64,000 nt of DNA from Raillietiella orientalis (taxonomy: Eukaryota), in contig JAYWIR010000087.1 of assembly GCA_036172245.1 (NCBI GenBank), positions 1-64,000 of the forward strand, given 5' to 3'. Within the stretch, counting starts at the first letter, position 1. Each line of letters starts with the position of its first letter. The notes under the pieces were generated by a model. That model saw only the letters and a list, made by a program, of their open reading frames with translations. It made no database searches and was not told where the DNA came from. The position numbers and the translations under genes are program-made. Positions 25,331 to 37,549 of this stretch are shown here, in pieces.

Positions 25331-28300
25331 TGCCGGGAATCTCCTCCCGCCGTCGTCTGCGCATCGCCGTTTGGAACGTGAACGGCATGACAGACGCCGG
25401 CAGGAGACGAGACATGGCCGCCCTTCTGGAGTCCTACGACCTTGCGCTGCTGCAGGAGATCCACGTGATCTCTGCAGAACAAGCGCAAGAGATCGAACGG
25501 ATCTCCGGAGGGCGGCTATGGTACAGGTGTGGGAGAGCGAAAAGTTGCGGTGTGGCCTACCTGCTTCCGCCAGCCGTCGAGGCTGCGGCTCGGGGAGTGC
25601 GGTTCGACGATCTCGGTCGTTTCGGCCAGCTGAATCTCAGGTGGTCCGACTCGATCGCTCTGATCGTCACGAACGTGTACGCACCGAGCGGCGCGGACCT
25701 GATGACCAGGAGGGCGAGGAAAGAGTTTTTCCTTGCCCTCCGCCGAGACTGGCTGACCGAAGCAGGCGTGCGGAATGCCCATCTGGTTGCAGGCGATTTC
25801 AACGTTCGCCTGAAACCAGATGGGCAGAATCCCGAGCGTGACCTGGTCAACGAGGTGTGCATGGCGGTGCACACCCGTAATTTGTTAATCAGTGCACCAA
25901 GGATGGAAGACAGAATTGACCACGTGTTTCTTGAAGAGCACCAGTGCCCTCGCATGGGAAGGCGCGGCAAGTTACCGTGCGAGATGTCCGACCATCGCTC
26001 GCTAGTCCTCGAGAGCCATCCGCGCGACAGGGATCCTCCTTGGTCAGCGTGGCGTCTCCCAGGGGACTGGCTAAAGCTCTTGGACGCGGCGTAACATCTC
26101 CGCACGTTCATACGGAGCATCAGGCTGCGGACACTTCAGGATTGGGACCGCTTCAAGCGGTCGGTCCAGGAGTTCTGCGACCAGTTCCCTCTGCACCGCC
26201 TACCTGCAAGATTTGGGGAAGAAGTACGTAACAAACGAGCCTATCTGCAGGCTCGCCGTTACGCCAGGACCTCAGACATCCGCAGGCTGGCGGAATACAA
26301 AGCGGGAGCCGAGAGGCAAGCCTGGCAGTCCGGATCGGCCAGCATGCTGGACGATCGGGACCAGGAGCACTCGGTACCTGCCCAAATCCGCGGCCTGCTG
26401 CGGAGTTACTACTCCTCCCTGTATGCCAGGGCACCTCCGGAGAGGAACGTCTCACGACTTCTGCTTCCGGAAGGCGCTCCAGCGATCGGGGAGGAGCAGA
26501 GAAAGACCCTCGACGACCCTTTCACGATGGACGACATCCTCTCGGTCATCGGAAAGCTCAAGAGGCGCAAGGCTCCAGGGGAGGACGGCCTGCCCGCGGA
26601 GTTTTATTAAACCTTCGCAGCTGAGCTTACCCCCTCGGCACAGCAACTTACCTTGCTGATACGCGAACCAGGTGACGTTCTCGCCTCGTTTCGTTCGGCA
26701 AAGGTGCGTCTCCTTTCAAAGGGAGGAGATCTGAGGAGCATGAACAGCTGGCGTCCCATCACAATAGTGAAAGCGGACGTCAAGTTGCTGGCTAAGGTTT
26801 GGGCAGAGAGGTTGGGACGGGTTGCCAACACCTTCATCAGCCCGGAACAGACATGTGCTGTTCCCGGGCGAAGCATGGAGGCGAAACTGTTCCACGCTTC
26901 TACCTGGCTAGAGCTCCAACATGAAAGGAGCTTGGTGCGCAGCCGGGATTCCGGTGCTTGCGCCGGCAAGATGTTGGATGGTCGGCTGGGGAAGGGAGCC
27001 TTTGCGGTCGCAATGGGTTTGCGGAAAGCATTCGATTGCGTCGACCAGAATCTCCTTCTAGAGCTTCTGGAACGCTTGAGCTTCCCGGCCTCATTAGTGG
27101 CCTATCTGCGCTCCTTATGGCGCGACGCGCTCATCAATGTTACTTTCAGCGGGCAGATCGTGCACGGCGTGCCGGTGCGGCGTGGGATCCGGCAGGGAAA
27201 CAGCCTGAACCCCTTGCTCTTTAGTACGTACTTTGAGTTGGTACTGAGCGCGTACAGGGGAACTCTGGCGCACCTGCCGCACGACTGCGCCGGTACGCCA
27301 GCGGTTTCAGCGTACGCGAACAACCTTCTGCTGCTGCTCCCTATGTCCACCCCGGCTGCGGCGGTCGAAAAGTTCTTCGACCTGCTGCATCGGGGAACCG
27401 GACTTACGGTGAACAGGGCGAAGTCGTCCGTGATGCCAGTTGGTGCGGAGTGGGCAGGGCAGCAGGACTGTGTCCGTTTATGGATCATCACGGTGAGGTA
27501 CTTCAAGTACCTTGGTGTGCCGTCGGGGGACTACTCCCCTGCGGAAGCGTGGTCCGGCTGCCTCCAAAAAGTAGAGACGGCGATCGGCCCGTTCCGAGGC
27601 GGCAGGTTTTTCCTGCCTCAACGGGTCGCGGTTTAAAACACGTTCGCGGCTTCTCTCCTCCGCCCCCTGCTTTTTGTTTGCCTCCCCCACAGAGAGACTT
27701 AAAAAGCGGACAAAGGACCTCCTCCGTATCGCCCTTTGGGGCAACGGGAGGGCCCGAGTCCGCTTAACGGACTTGTGCGCTCCTCGTCGGGACGGTGGTC
27801 TGGGCCTCCTGACGCTAGAGCGGCTGGAGCTTCAGCTGCAGTTCCGATTGTCGGCACTCGTTCCAGAGTTGTGGTGCACCTGTTGGTGCGTCCCTGCACG
27901 TCTCCTTCTCCAGCAAGCCACCGGCAAGACGGGACCGACGTCGTTTCTTGCCCTCCGTCGCCGCGTCAACCGATGCCGACTCCAGCTACGGAGGGTGGCT
28001 GCGCTGTACCGGAAAAACCCAGGACTGCTCACCTGTCGCCCTTTGAACGGTAGTGCCTGGTTGCAGGATACCGTTCGAATGTGGGGACAGTTCGGCATGC
28101 AACGCTCCCAACAGGAAAGAAGGTTTCTGTTTGGGGGTTACAGAAGTTCATGCTCCGCAAGATCCTGGAGGATCCAAAGAAGAGAGTGTGGGCAGGAAGA
28201 ACCACCCTCGCTGCTGCGCTGCCCTCCCTGATGGAAGATCTGGACAGCGATGGTGCGGCGAAGTGGGAGGTTTCAGTTACAATCTCCGGGAAGGAGAAGA

Positions 28301-28911
28301 AGATAAGAGAGTGGAAAACAGGCCAGTTAACAGACACTGCGTCCCCGAGTACGCTTCCCAATGGACTTCTGCGCTGTTGCGCGCTGCTCGATGTTTCCAT
28401 TGAACATCTGAAGTGGCCCCCGGTGCTTATGAACACTTCCACCCTCCCCTTGAAATGGCAGGAGTTGGCTCTCCTGTTGCAGCACTGGGGACTCCCCTGC
28501 AATTCCCGCCGACACCACTGGACCTGGGGAGCGGTGGACCCCAATTGCGTCAGGTGTGGGGAACGGGAGTCCCTCCCCCACCTGCTAGTGGATTGTGTTG
28601 CCCTTCGGCCCCTTTGGTTTCGCTTTGCCGCGGCCATCGGAATCCCCTGCGGCAACCCCAGGAGCGCACTGAAAGCCCTCTTTGTTGCCGACGCCCTTCG
28701 GCCAGCGGCCTCGTTAGCAGCTCTGTGCTGCATTCGCGGGATCGTCGTCGCCTGGAGCAAGGCTACGGGAGGACAACGCGACCAGGGTGCCATCCAGCCA
28801 GCTTACCAGTTCCTGAGGAGGGCGTCGCGATGGCCCCACCTGGATCCAAGCATGCAGCAAGAGCCTGCCGGCATCCTGCAAAGGATGCAACGGCCCCACC
28901 AGCAACTGTGA
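25330..28911 (+). pseudogene. J ORF2 (APE-RT-CCHC), disrupted
   Basis: ORFs 25330..26094, 26653..27636, 27674..28231 and 28081..28911 (CVRCGERESLPHLLVDC). Confidence 0.92.
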
Positions 28912-29101
28912 TCCCTTCCCTTACCCTCCCAGCTTTCTTTTCTTTTTTGTTTTGTTTTTTGTTTTTTCTTCCCCCTTCTGCCTGCTGCCGTGGTGGACCG
29001 TACCGGTCTGCGAACCGGTGACCAACCAGGCTCTGTGTTTCTTCGTGCGTGGCTGGAGCAATGGTCCAGCCACCGCACGTCTTTGTAATAGTTTATTTTA
29101 C

Positions 29102-29130
29102 AATAAACGCCCCGGCGAAATCCGGGTAAA
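29102..29130 (+). terminator. Conserved 3' terminus: AATAAA plus CCCGG-loop-CCGGG hairpin; representative copy
   Basis: Ten element 3' ends share it (about 4635, 6600, 15207, 20401, 29102, 32114, 48177, 54088, 58727, 61283). Confidence 0.75.
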
Positions 29131-29785
29131 AATCGAATGCTTTGTGCAAATCGACCGCGACGGCAAAGGCTCCCGCCGAGTCCGTTTCATTCTTTGCATG
29201 ATCTTCTTGATCAAAGGGGAGCGCGAGGCTCCCTTGACCATCCTGAGCAACGCGTTATCGCAACTGCCACAATGAGCTGGCGAGGAGCAGTTTGGCCACT
29301 ATGGTTCGTCAATGAACAGCGTGGGTCTGCTCTAGACTCACCACGGTAGCGGCCACTCGCCCCAACCGCTAAGCCTACAATTTGGCATGCAACTTTTCGT
29401 CCGCATTTACAAGTGTGATCGGACGCTAGTTGCCAGTGTGGCGTAGGTATCCTGATTTCGGCAGGTGACGTTTTTTTGCTGACTGGAACGAGGCAAGATC
29501 TTCGCCGTGTTCGCGGATAAGCGTACTTAACCTGTGCATCAGGGGGGCCAGCTCTGGCGCGCAGTGATGCTTAAACTCCGCAGGCAGGCCATCCTCCCCT
29601 GGTGCCTTCCTTTTCTTTAACTTTGCGATTGCGGAGATGATCTCCGCCATCGAAAACGGATTTGTCAACCTGAAACGATCCTTCTCCTTGGGCGCGTCAG
29701 CAACATCCGGCAGAAGGCGCGGCGCGAAATGTCGCTTAGGTGTTAAAAGCGCGCACAAGGAGGAAAAGATCTCCAGCACCATGCG
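29131..29785 (-). mobile_element. Element H2, upstream RT part
   Basis: KAPGEDGLPAEF..HTGN*RPITLVNAD..AVDLHKAFD; matches the H fragment at 12632-12945. Confidence 0.85.
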
Positions 29786-30652
29786 GCTTTCCCTTAGCTG
29801 GGCTGGAGCACCGACCCGCTGATCGTTGATGGTCGCAAGATCTTGCCGTTGACGATGGACCCCTCGGTGGTGGTCAATCTTACTGAAATCTCCAGTCGCA
29901 TGACTAGGTCAGCGATTCGAGAACAGTTACAAAAGCACGGAGAGGTGCACGCGTTGTGGCCGGAGTCCACGATTTTCCAAGGCTACAATACCCTTTTCGG
30001 AGGTCAAGCTGCAGCGCGTATCACAGTAAAAGAGGGTGGTGCTCTTCCCCACAAGCTGGAGGTCTGCCAAGAAGCGGTGGACCTCTGGTACGTGGGGAAA
30101 CGCCAATTTTGTGGCTACTGCAATGCAGTAGGGCATCTACGAAAAAGGTGCCCGAACATTGTGTGCCACCTGTGCGGCGAAAAGGGTCACGTTCGACGCG
30201 TGTGCCCCAAGGGCCCCAACCCGGTGCCCCCTGCCGGCAAAAAGGCGCAGGGAAAACGTGGAAAGCTGGTAGAAAGACCAGCTCGCGAAAATGGCCGTTC
30301 CCAACTGCCAGCCTCCCTTCCTCCTGTACAGACGTCGGAGGAAATAGCTCCCGTGGACGCAGGAATGGAGGAGGGTTGGCAGCTGGTTCAGGCCAGAAAA
30401 GAGAAAAAAAAGAAAGTGATGCAAGAAGAAAAGTCGGAGAAGAAAACTGCCGGCAACAAGAAAAAAGCCGCGCCGCTTTCAAAAAAAAAAATCCGCGAAT
30501 GCTCGGTGGCACTGGAACGCTTAGCCGTTCCTGCCGAGTCCGCCCGCGGCAATGTTCGCGGAACAGCTGATGCGGACGCGATGAATACTCGCGTGGACGA
30601 GCCCATTCTACGTTTAGAGGGTGAGACGCGAGACTCGCGCGCCGACAGCCAG

Positions 30653-30815
30653 GACGCCGCGCTCGATAAAGTCGCGGAGGAGCCCGCGGCAACGTTCGCT
30701 GTCAGCTATGACGCCGTGCTCGATAAGGTCGCGGAGCAGCCCGCGGCAACGGTCGCCGCTGGCAAAGACGCGGCCTTCGAGAAAGCGGCGGAGGAGCTCG
30801 CAGCAACGCTCGCCG
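30653..30815 (+). repeat. Three 57-bp coding tandem repeats in M ORF1
   Basis: Units start at 30653, 30710 and 30767; they encode DAALDKVAEEPAAT / DAVLDKVAEQPAAT / DAAFEKAAEELAAT. Confidence 0.9.
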
Positions 30816-32326
30816 AGCGCGAAACCCCGTCGCGCAAGGGCTTACGCAGGTCGGCTCCGACGAAGAAGCCCCCGCAGGTGAGTGCGACCTGGGGGCCGGA
30901 AGCTGATCCTCCTCCTCGGAGGCACCCCCCAGGAAGTCGGGACGCAAGTCCCAGAAACCCAGGAGGCGCCTCCCTTCCACCAGCGAGGAGGAGAAACCGG
31001 AAGGTAGCGGCAGCGTGGGAATCCCAGAGGAGGAATACCCACGCCCGGAAGCCGTCGAGTCGGCCACCCCCATAGAGGAGGGAGAGCAGGTGGGTGAAGT
31101 CCTCCCTGCAGTCGCGAAACCTAAGCAGCCCGAACCCATGGAGAAAGGCGAACAGGTAGGCGCGACTCCACCTGCGGGTGATCCGGCCGACGCGCCGGCA
31201 CCGATGGAGGAGGAGGAAAAGGTGCCTTCAGTACCTGTTCCCCCTCCCCCTCCAACTAGAGTCCCGCCTCAGCAGATGGCGGACGCCGCATCGCCGTTTT
31301 CCCTGGACTAACACCTGGGCTCGCCAGTCGCCGTCGGATTCGCGCGGCCTGTTGGAACGTCAAGGGGCTGCGCGACGACGGCAACAGGCGAGATACAGCG
31401 GACACCCTGCGTGAGCTCGACCTGGCGCTGCTGCAGGAGATCCACGTGTTCACCGCGGCAGACGCCCAGGAAATCGAGACAATCGCGGGGGGTCGGCTGT
31501 ATTGGCGATGCGGCCTCCGCAACACCTGCGGGGTCGCGTTCTTCGTGAAGCCGGCCATCGACGCTGCCGTGAAGGGCGTGCGCTTCGATGACGACGGTCG
31601 GGTCGGTCAGCTGATACTCAGCTGGTCCGACTCGATCGACCTAATCGTCACAAACGTGTATGGTTCCAGCGGCAAACAGGGGTACCGCGACCGCACCAGG
31701 CTGCTGGAAACCCTAAAGCGCGACTGGCTGGCGGATACCAATGTGCGAAGGGCTCACCTGATAGCGGGAGATTTCAATCTCCGCCTGCTAACAGGTGAGC
31801 CGGAAACACAAGTGAACGCGATGAACGAGTTGTGCGGCGCCATGCGTGCGCGCAACTTGTTTGCGGGTGAGAAGGGGAATGGTCCGCAGCATCGACCACG
31901 TCTTCCTCGACGATGATTTGTGTTCACGGGTAGGCAAACAGGGGAGGGTTGCGTTACGCTTTAGGACCATTCCCGGCTAATTTTCTAGATGCGCCCTTGC
32001 GACAAAAGACCGCCATCCAGGGATTGGCGTCTGCCGGGGGACTGGACGCGACTCTCAGGTGCGAAGAAACACCTTCGCGAATACCTGAGAGGCGTCACGC
32101 TCCGGAATCTCCATTGAAACCCGGGTGCGCCGGGTCGTTTATTCTCACGAATAAACCTATACAATTTGTGACTGGACCAGTAGTCCAGCCACGCCCTGGA
32201 AAGATATAGCTTGCCGGGCTACCGGCGCGCAGACCGGCGCGGTCGACCTCGGCAGCAGAGGGGAGGGGGAACGAAACAAATAGAAAACCAAAAATTAACA
32301 AAAATCAGGGAAGGAGCGGAAAGGGA

Positions 32327-35300
32327 TCACAGTCTGCTGGGAGGGTCCGTCATCCTCTGGAGGATGCCGGCAAGCTGTTTCTGCTTGTGTGGTTCCAGAT
32401 GGGGCCATCGCGTCGCCATCCTGAAAAAACGGGCGGCATACACGTTGGCATCCCTGTCGCTGGATCCTCCTGTCGCTTTGCTCCATGCCACGACGATCCT
32501 GCGTAGGCAGCACAGGGCTGCAAGCGAGGCCGCTGGAGGCAGGGCGTCACGGACGAAGAGGGGGCGCAAAGCGTCTCTGTGGTTGCCTCCGGGGATCCCC
32601 AGAGCTGCAGCAAAGCGTTCCCACAAGGGACGGATGGCAACACAATCCACTAACAGGTAGGGGAGGTATTCCCTCTCCCCGCACCTGACACAATTAGGGT
32701 TGACACCCCCCAAAGTCCAGTGGTGTCGGCGGGCGTTGTAAGAAAGCCCCCAATGCAACACCATCAGTGCCGACTGTTGCCACTTCATGGGGAGGGTGCG
32801 CGAGTCCATGAGCCCCAGGGGCCACTCGAGATGTTCCTCTGGAAGATCCAGTAGCTCTCCCCAGCGCAACAGTCCATTTGGGGTGGTCCTCGGGGTCGCA
32901 GCGTTGGTGAGCTGACCCGTTCTTCAATCCCCGATCTTCTTTGCCCTGCTGGCGATCTTGACAGTAACCTCCCATTGTGCCGCGACGTCGCTGCCCAGAT
33001 GTTCCTGTAGGGTAGGCAGTACCGCAGCAAGGGAGATTCTTTGTGCCCACGCTCTCCTTCGGGGATTCTCGATGATTTCTCGGAGCGTGCGGCGGGCATG
33101 CGGCCCGAACAGAGCTATTCGCTCGTGTTGCGGGCTCTGCTCCTGAATCATCGCCCACGTGCGGACGGTTTCCTGCAACCAGGCAGGACTGTTCGCGGGG
33201 CGTACAAGGATCCGCGCTGAGTTGTTCTTCACGAGCTAGGCCGCCCTCCGAAGTTGAAGTCCGCAGTGGCAGATGAGGCTTCGGAGTGCAAAGTAGGACG
33301 AGGGTCCCGCATTGCCGGTGGCCCGCTCGACGAGGAGACGTGCAGGGAGGCACCATGGGGTGCACCAATTATCTGCCATAAAGGCAACAACTCGGAACTG
33401 GAGCTGTAGCTTCAGCCGCTCCAACGTCAGGAGGCCCAGACCACCATCCCGACGAGGAGCGCACAAGTCCGAAAGACGGACTCGGGGCCTCCCTCTGTTC
33501 CAAAGGGCGATCCTCAGGAGGTCCTTCGTCCTCTTCTTTGACTCCGCTGAGGGGGGGCAAACAAAAAGCAAGGGGCGAAGCAGGGGGGACGCAAACGCGT
33601 TCCACGCCGCGGCCCGTTCCTGCAGGTAGAACCTGCCGTCCTGGAACGGGCCGATCGCCGCCTGAGCCTTCTGAAGGCAGCCGGACCACGTTTCCGCAGA
33701 AGAGTAATCCCCCAACGGCACACCAAAGTACTTCAAGTACCTCACCGTGGGGATCCCCAAACGGACCCAGTCCTGCTGCCCTGCCCACGCCACTCCGACT
33801 GGCATTACGGACGACTTCGCCCTGTTCACCGTCTGTCCTGTTCCACGACTCAGCAGGTCGAAGAAGTCCTCGACCGATGAGGCCGGAGTGGACTAGGCAG
33901 CAGCAGCAGAAGATCGTCCGCGTACGCCAAAACCGCAGGCGTACCGGGGCAATCGCACGGCAGGTGCGCAAGAGTCTCCCTGTACGCTCTCAGCACCAAT
34001 TCGAAAAAGGCGCTAGAGAGCAGGGGGCTCAGGCTGTCTCCCTGCCGTATGCCGCGTCGCACCGGTACTCCGTGCACGGTTTGCCAGCTGAAAAGAACAT
34101 TAATGAGCGCGTAGCGCCAGCTGGAGCGCAGGTAGGCCAACAAAGAGGCCGGGAAGCCCAAGCGTTCCAGAAGCTCCAGCAGGAGATTCTGGTCGACGCT
34201 GTCGAATGCTTTATGCAAGTCGACAGCGACCGCAAGAACTCCCTTCCCAACCCGACCGTTCCGTCTCCCGCCAACGGACGAACCGGATTTCCGGCTGCTC
34301 AATAAGCCCCTTCCTTGTTGGAGCTCTAACCATGTGGAAGCGTGGAACAGGTTCGCCTCCATGCTCCGCCCGGGAACAGCATAAGTCTGTTCCAGGCTGA
34401 CGAAGATGTTGGCAACCCGTCCCAGACGCTCTGCCCACATCTTGGCTATCAACTTGGCGTCCGCATTCACTATTGTGATGGGACGCCGATTGCTTATGCT
34501 CCTTGGTCTCCTCCCTTCGGGAGAAGCCGCACCTTTGCTGAACGAAACGAGGTGGGAACGTCACCGGTTTCACGGATCAGCAAGGTGAGCTGATGTACCA
34601 GGGGAGTAAGCTCAGCCGCGAAAGTTTGGTAAAACTCCGCGGGCAGGCCGTCCTCCCCTGGAGCCTTGCGCCTCTTGAGCTTTCCGATGGCCGCGAGGAT
34701 CTCGTCCATCGTGAAAGGCTCGTCGAGGCTTCCTTTCTCCTCCTCCCCGATCGCTGAAGCACCTTCCGGAAGCAGAAGTCGTGAGACGTCCCGCTCCGGA
34801 GGCGCCCTGGCGTACAGGGAGAAGTAAAATTTGCTGACTATCCCGCGTTTCTGAGCCGGAACCGAGTGGTCCCGGCCCTGGTCGTCCAGTAATCTGGCCG
34901 ACCCGGATTGGCAGGCTTGCCTCTCGGCTCCCGCTCGATACTCTGCTAACCTGCGCATGTCGAGGGTTCTCGCGTAACGTCGAGCCTGAAGATAGCACCT
35001 TTCGTTACGCGGCCCCACCCCAAATCCCGCAGGTAGGCGATGCAGGGGGAACTGATCGCAGAACTCCTGGACCGACCGCTTGAAGCGGTCCCAGTCCTGA
35101 AGTGTCGGCATCCTGAAGCTAAGAATAAACGCGCGGAGGTGCTCCGCCGCGTCGGGAAACTTCAGCCAGTCTCCTGGCAGACGCCACGCTGACGGGGGGG
35201 GGCCCTTGTCGCGCGGACGCACTTCGAACATGATCCGACCATGGTCCGACAGCTCGGATGGTACCTTGCCGCGCCTGCCAACCCTAGAGCATAGGTGCTG

Positions 35301-35906
35301 ATCATGGTACACGTGATCGATGCTGCTTTCCATGGCCGTGTCCCCGGCCAACAAGTAGCGCATGTTCATTTCTGCGCACAACTCGTTGACGCGGTCGTTC
35401 AGTGTATCCGGCGCCCCTGAAACCAGGCGCAGGTTGAAATCACCTGCGATCAGGTGCGTTTTGCAAACTCCTTCATCGGTCAGCCAATCGCGTCTCAGGA
35501 CAAAATACAATTCCCTTCTTGCCTTCGCCCTCAACGCGTTGTTTCCGCCAGGAGCGTATAGGTTGGTGACGATTAGGTCGATAGAGTAGGTACAGCTGAG
35601 AGTCAGCTGACCGACGCGACCTGCGTCATCGAACCGAACGTCCTTTATTGCGGTCTCGATGGCTGGCCGAAGCAGGAAGGCGACACCGCTTGATTTCGCG
35701 GTGCCGCAACGCCACAACAGCCGCCCACCCGAGATCCGTTCGATCTCCCGGGCTTGATCTGCGGAGATCACGTGGATCTCCTGCAGCAGTACCAGGTCGA
35801 AGGATGCCAGAGTGGCGGCCACGTCACGCCTCTTGCCGTCGTCGCTTAGCCAGTTCACGTTCCAACAGGCGATCAGAAGACGACGGCGAGAGGCGATTCC
35901 CGGCAT
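32327..35906 (-). pseudogene. L ORF2 (APE-RT-CCHC), frameshifted
   Basis: 470-aa APE-linker ORF, RT ORF 33850..34470 with YADD, and C-terminal ORF 32327..32869. Confidence 0.92.
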
Positions 35907-37549
35907 TATGGCTGGGAAAGTGGCGTCGCGACACCTGCCGCGGGGCAGGTGTAGGAAAGGTCCATCGGTAGGAGGACGGAGGCCTCTTCAGGCGCCTGTA
36001 GTACCTGTTCGGCCTCCATCCTCACCATCCCCCCCGTGTCCGAGCGTGGAATTCTCTCGGGCGACGGGTTCCGGGAGTTTCCCTCGCTCATTGCACCCTC
36101 GCTACCGGAAGCGATCTCTTCCCCTTCGTCGGAGGAGACGATCTTCCGGGGCATTGTGGACTATCGTCCTGCCTTTTTGCGGAGTGCCGCGGAGATGGAT
36201 GCTGTGTTTCCGGCCTTCACCTCGGGTTCGGAAGTGGCCGACTCCTCAGGGGAAGCCGGACGCCTGACGGCCATCTTGCCAGCCTTGAGGGCAACCGGCT
36301 GCAGCGAGGCAGCCAGCTCCTCCGCGGCGCGCTCTAAGGCGACGTCATCGAGCGTGGGCTCGATGACGGACGCTGCCGCCTCGCTCCCCTCCTTGTTGAC
36401 TTTGTCAACGGAGGGTTGAGCAGGGGCACCAGCGAGTTCTTTAGCGCCGCATCCGTCGATGGCGGGAATCCGCTCTACAACGACGCAGCAGCTTTTAATT
36501 TTTTCGCGGCGCAGAGCGGTTTCGCTCCGTTTCGCCACGTTCTTTCCCTTCTTATCGGAGTTTTTCTTGGGGTCGACCTTCTGCCACCCTGGCTCTTGAC
36601 CCTCGTTCTCGACCTTTTCGGCGTTTTTCGCCGAAGTCTCGGGGCAGGCCCTCGCCTTGGTGGCGGAGGTGACCTCCTTAGCAACAGCACGAGTTGCCAG
36701 CTTCTTTCTCTTCTTTGCCGCGCGCTTCCTCGCGTTTTTCGCGGACACGACGCGGACTGTGTTTTGGGGGCACACCAGACGGGTGTGCCCCGCTTGTTTG
36801 CATTGCTGGCACTGCACGCTCGGACACCTCATTTTAAGGTGACCAAAGCTGCTGCAGCAGCCGCAAACCATGGGTTTCCCCACGTACCACACGTCAACGG
36901 ATTCACCGTTGACGGTAAGTTTGTCGGGAAACTCACATCCCTCGCGAACCGTCACTCGTGCTGCACCCAGGCCGCCAAGCACCCCGTCGTAATCGACAAA
37001 AGGAATAGGCTTTCCCCACAGCGCGTGGACAGTTGCAAACTTTTCTAATTCGTTCCGGACGGCCTCCTTCGTCATCCGGAACGTGAAACCGGTCAGGTGA
37101 ATGATCACCGACCGGTCTTCAGTAATGGGGAGAAGCCTCCGGCTGCCCATAATTACGGGGGTTCGCAGAAGTTTTTGCACAAGAGTTGCCTCCTTGCAGA
37201 TAACTTCCACAAATTGACCCCCGCTTCTCACGGACATAGCCAGAAGCTCCTCTTTTTGTACACCGAGAACGCGCATCCCCTGCGAAAAGGCGCGCGCGTT
37301 CTCGAAAGAATATAAACCGCCTACCTTATATAGAAGGGGTGGGTTATACCCCTCCTCCAGGTAAGCGCGCATTTCCGCCATAGCCGCTGGCGTAGGTGTT
37401 GCAGCCACGGCGTTCCAAGCCCTATGTAGGGCCGGGGGCGCATCCATGCTGGCGGAATCCTCCACTGATGCGGGAGCCCCCACCTCCATCTCCTCCGGGG
37501 GAAATGAGGTCATCGCCCCCGGATCCTCACCGGTGGTGGTATCAGGCAT
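35906..37549 (-). pseudogene. L ORF1 (interrupted at about 36161)
   Basis: 462-aa ORF with CGCCSSFGHLKMRC and CQQCKQAGHTRLVC, plus ORF 35906..36154. Confidence 0.9.

Larger units (their letters stand above)
23557..29130 (+). mobile_element. Element J: full-length LINE inserted antisense in the KAFD codons of H2; inverted twin of C
   Basis: Flanks agtcgaacgcctt (23544-23556) and aatcgaatgcttt (29131-29143); host RT resumes in register on both sides. Confidence 0.93.
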
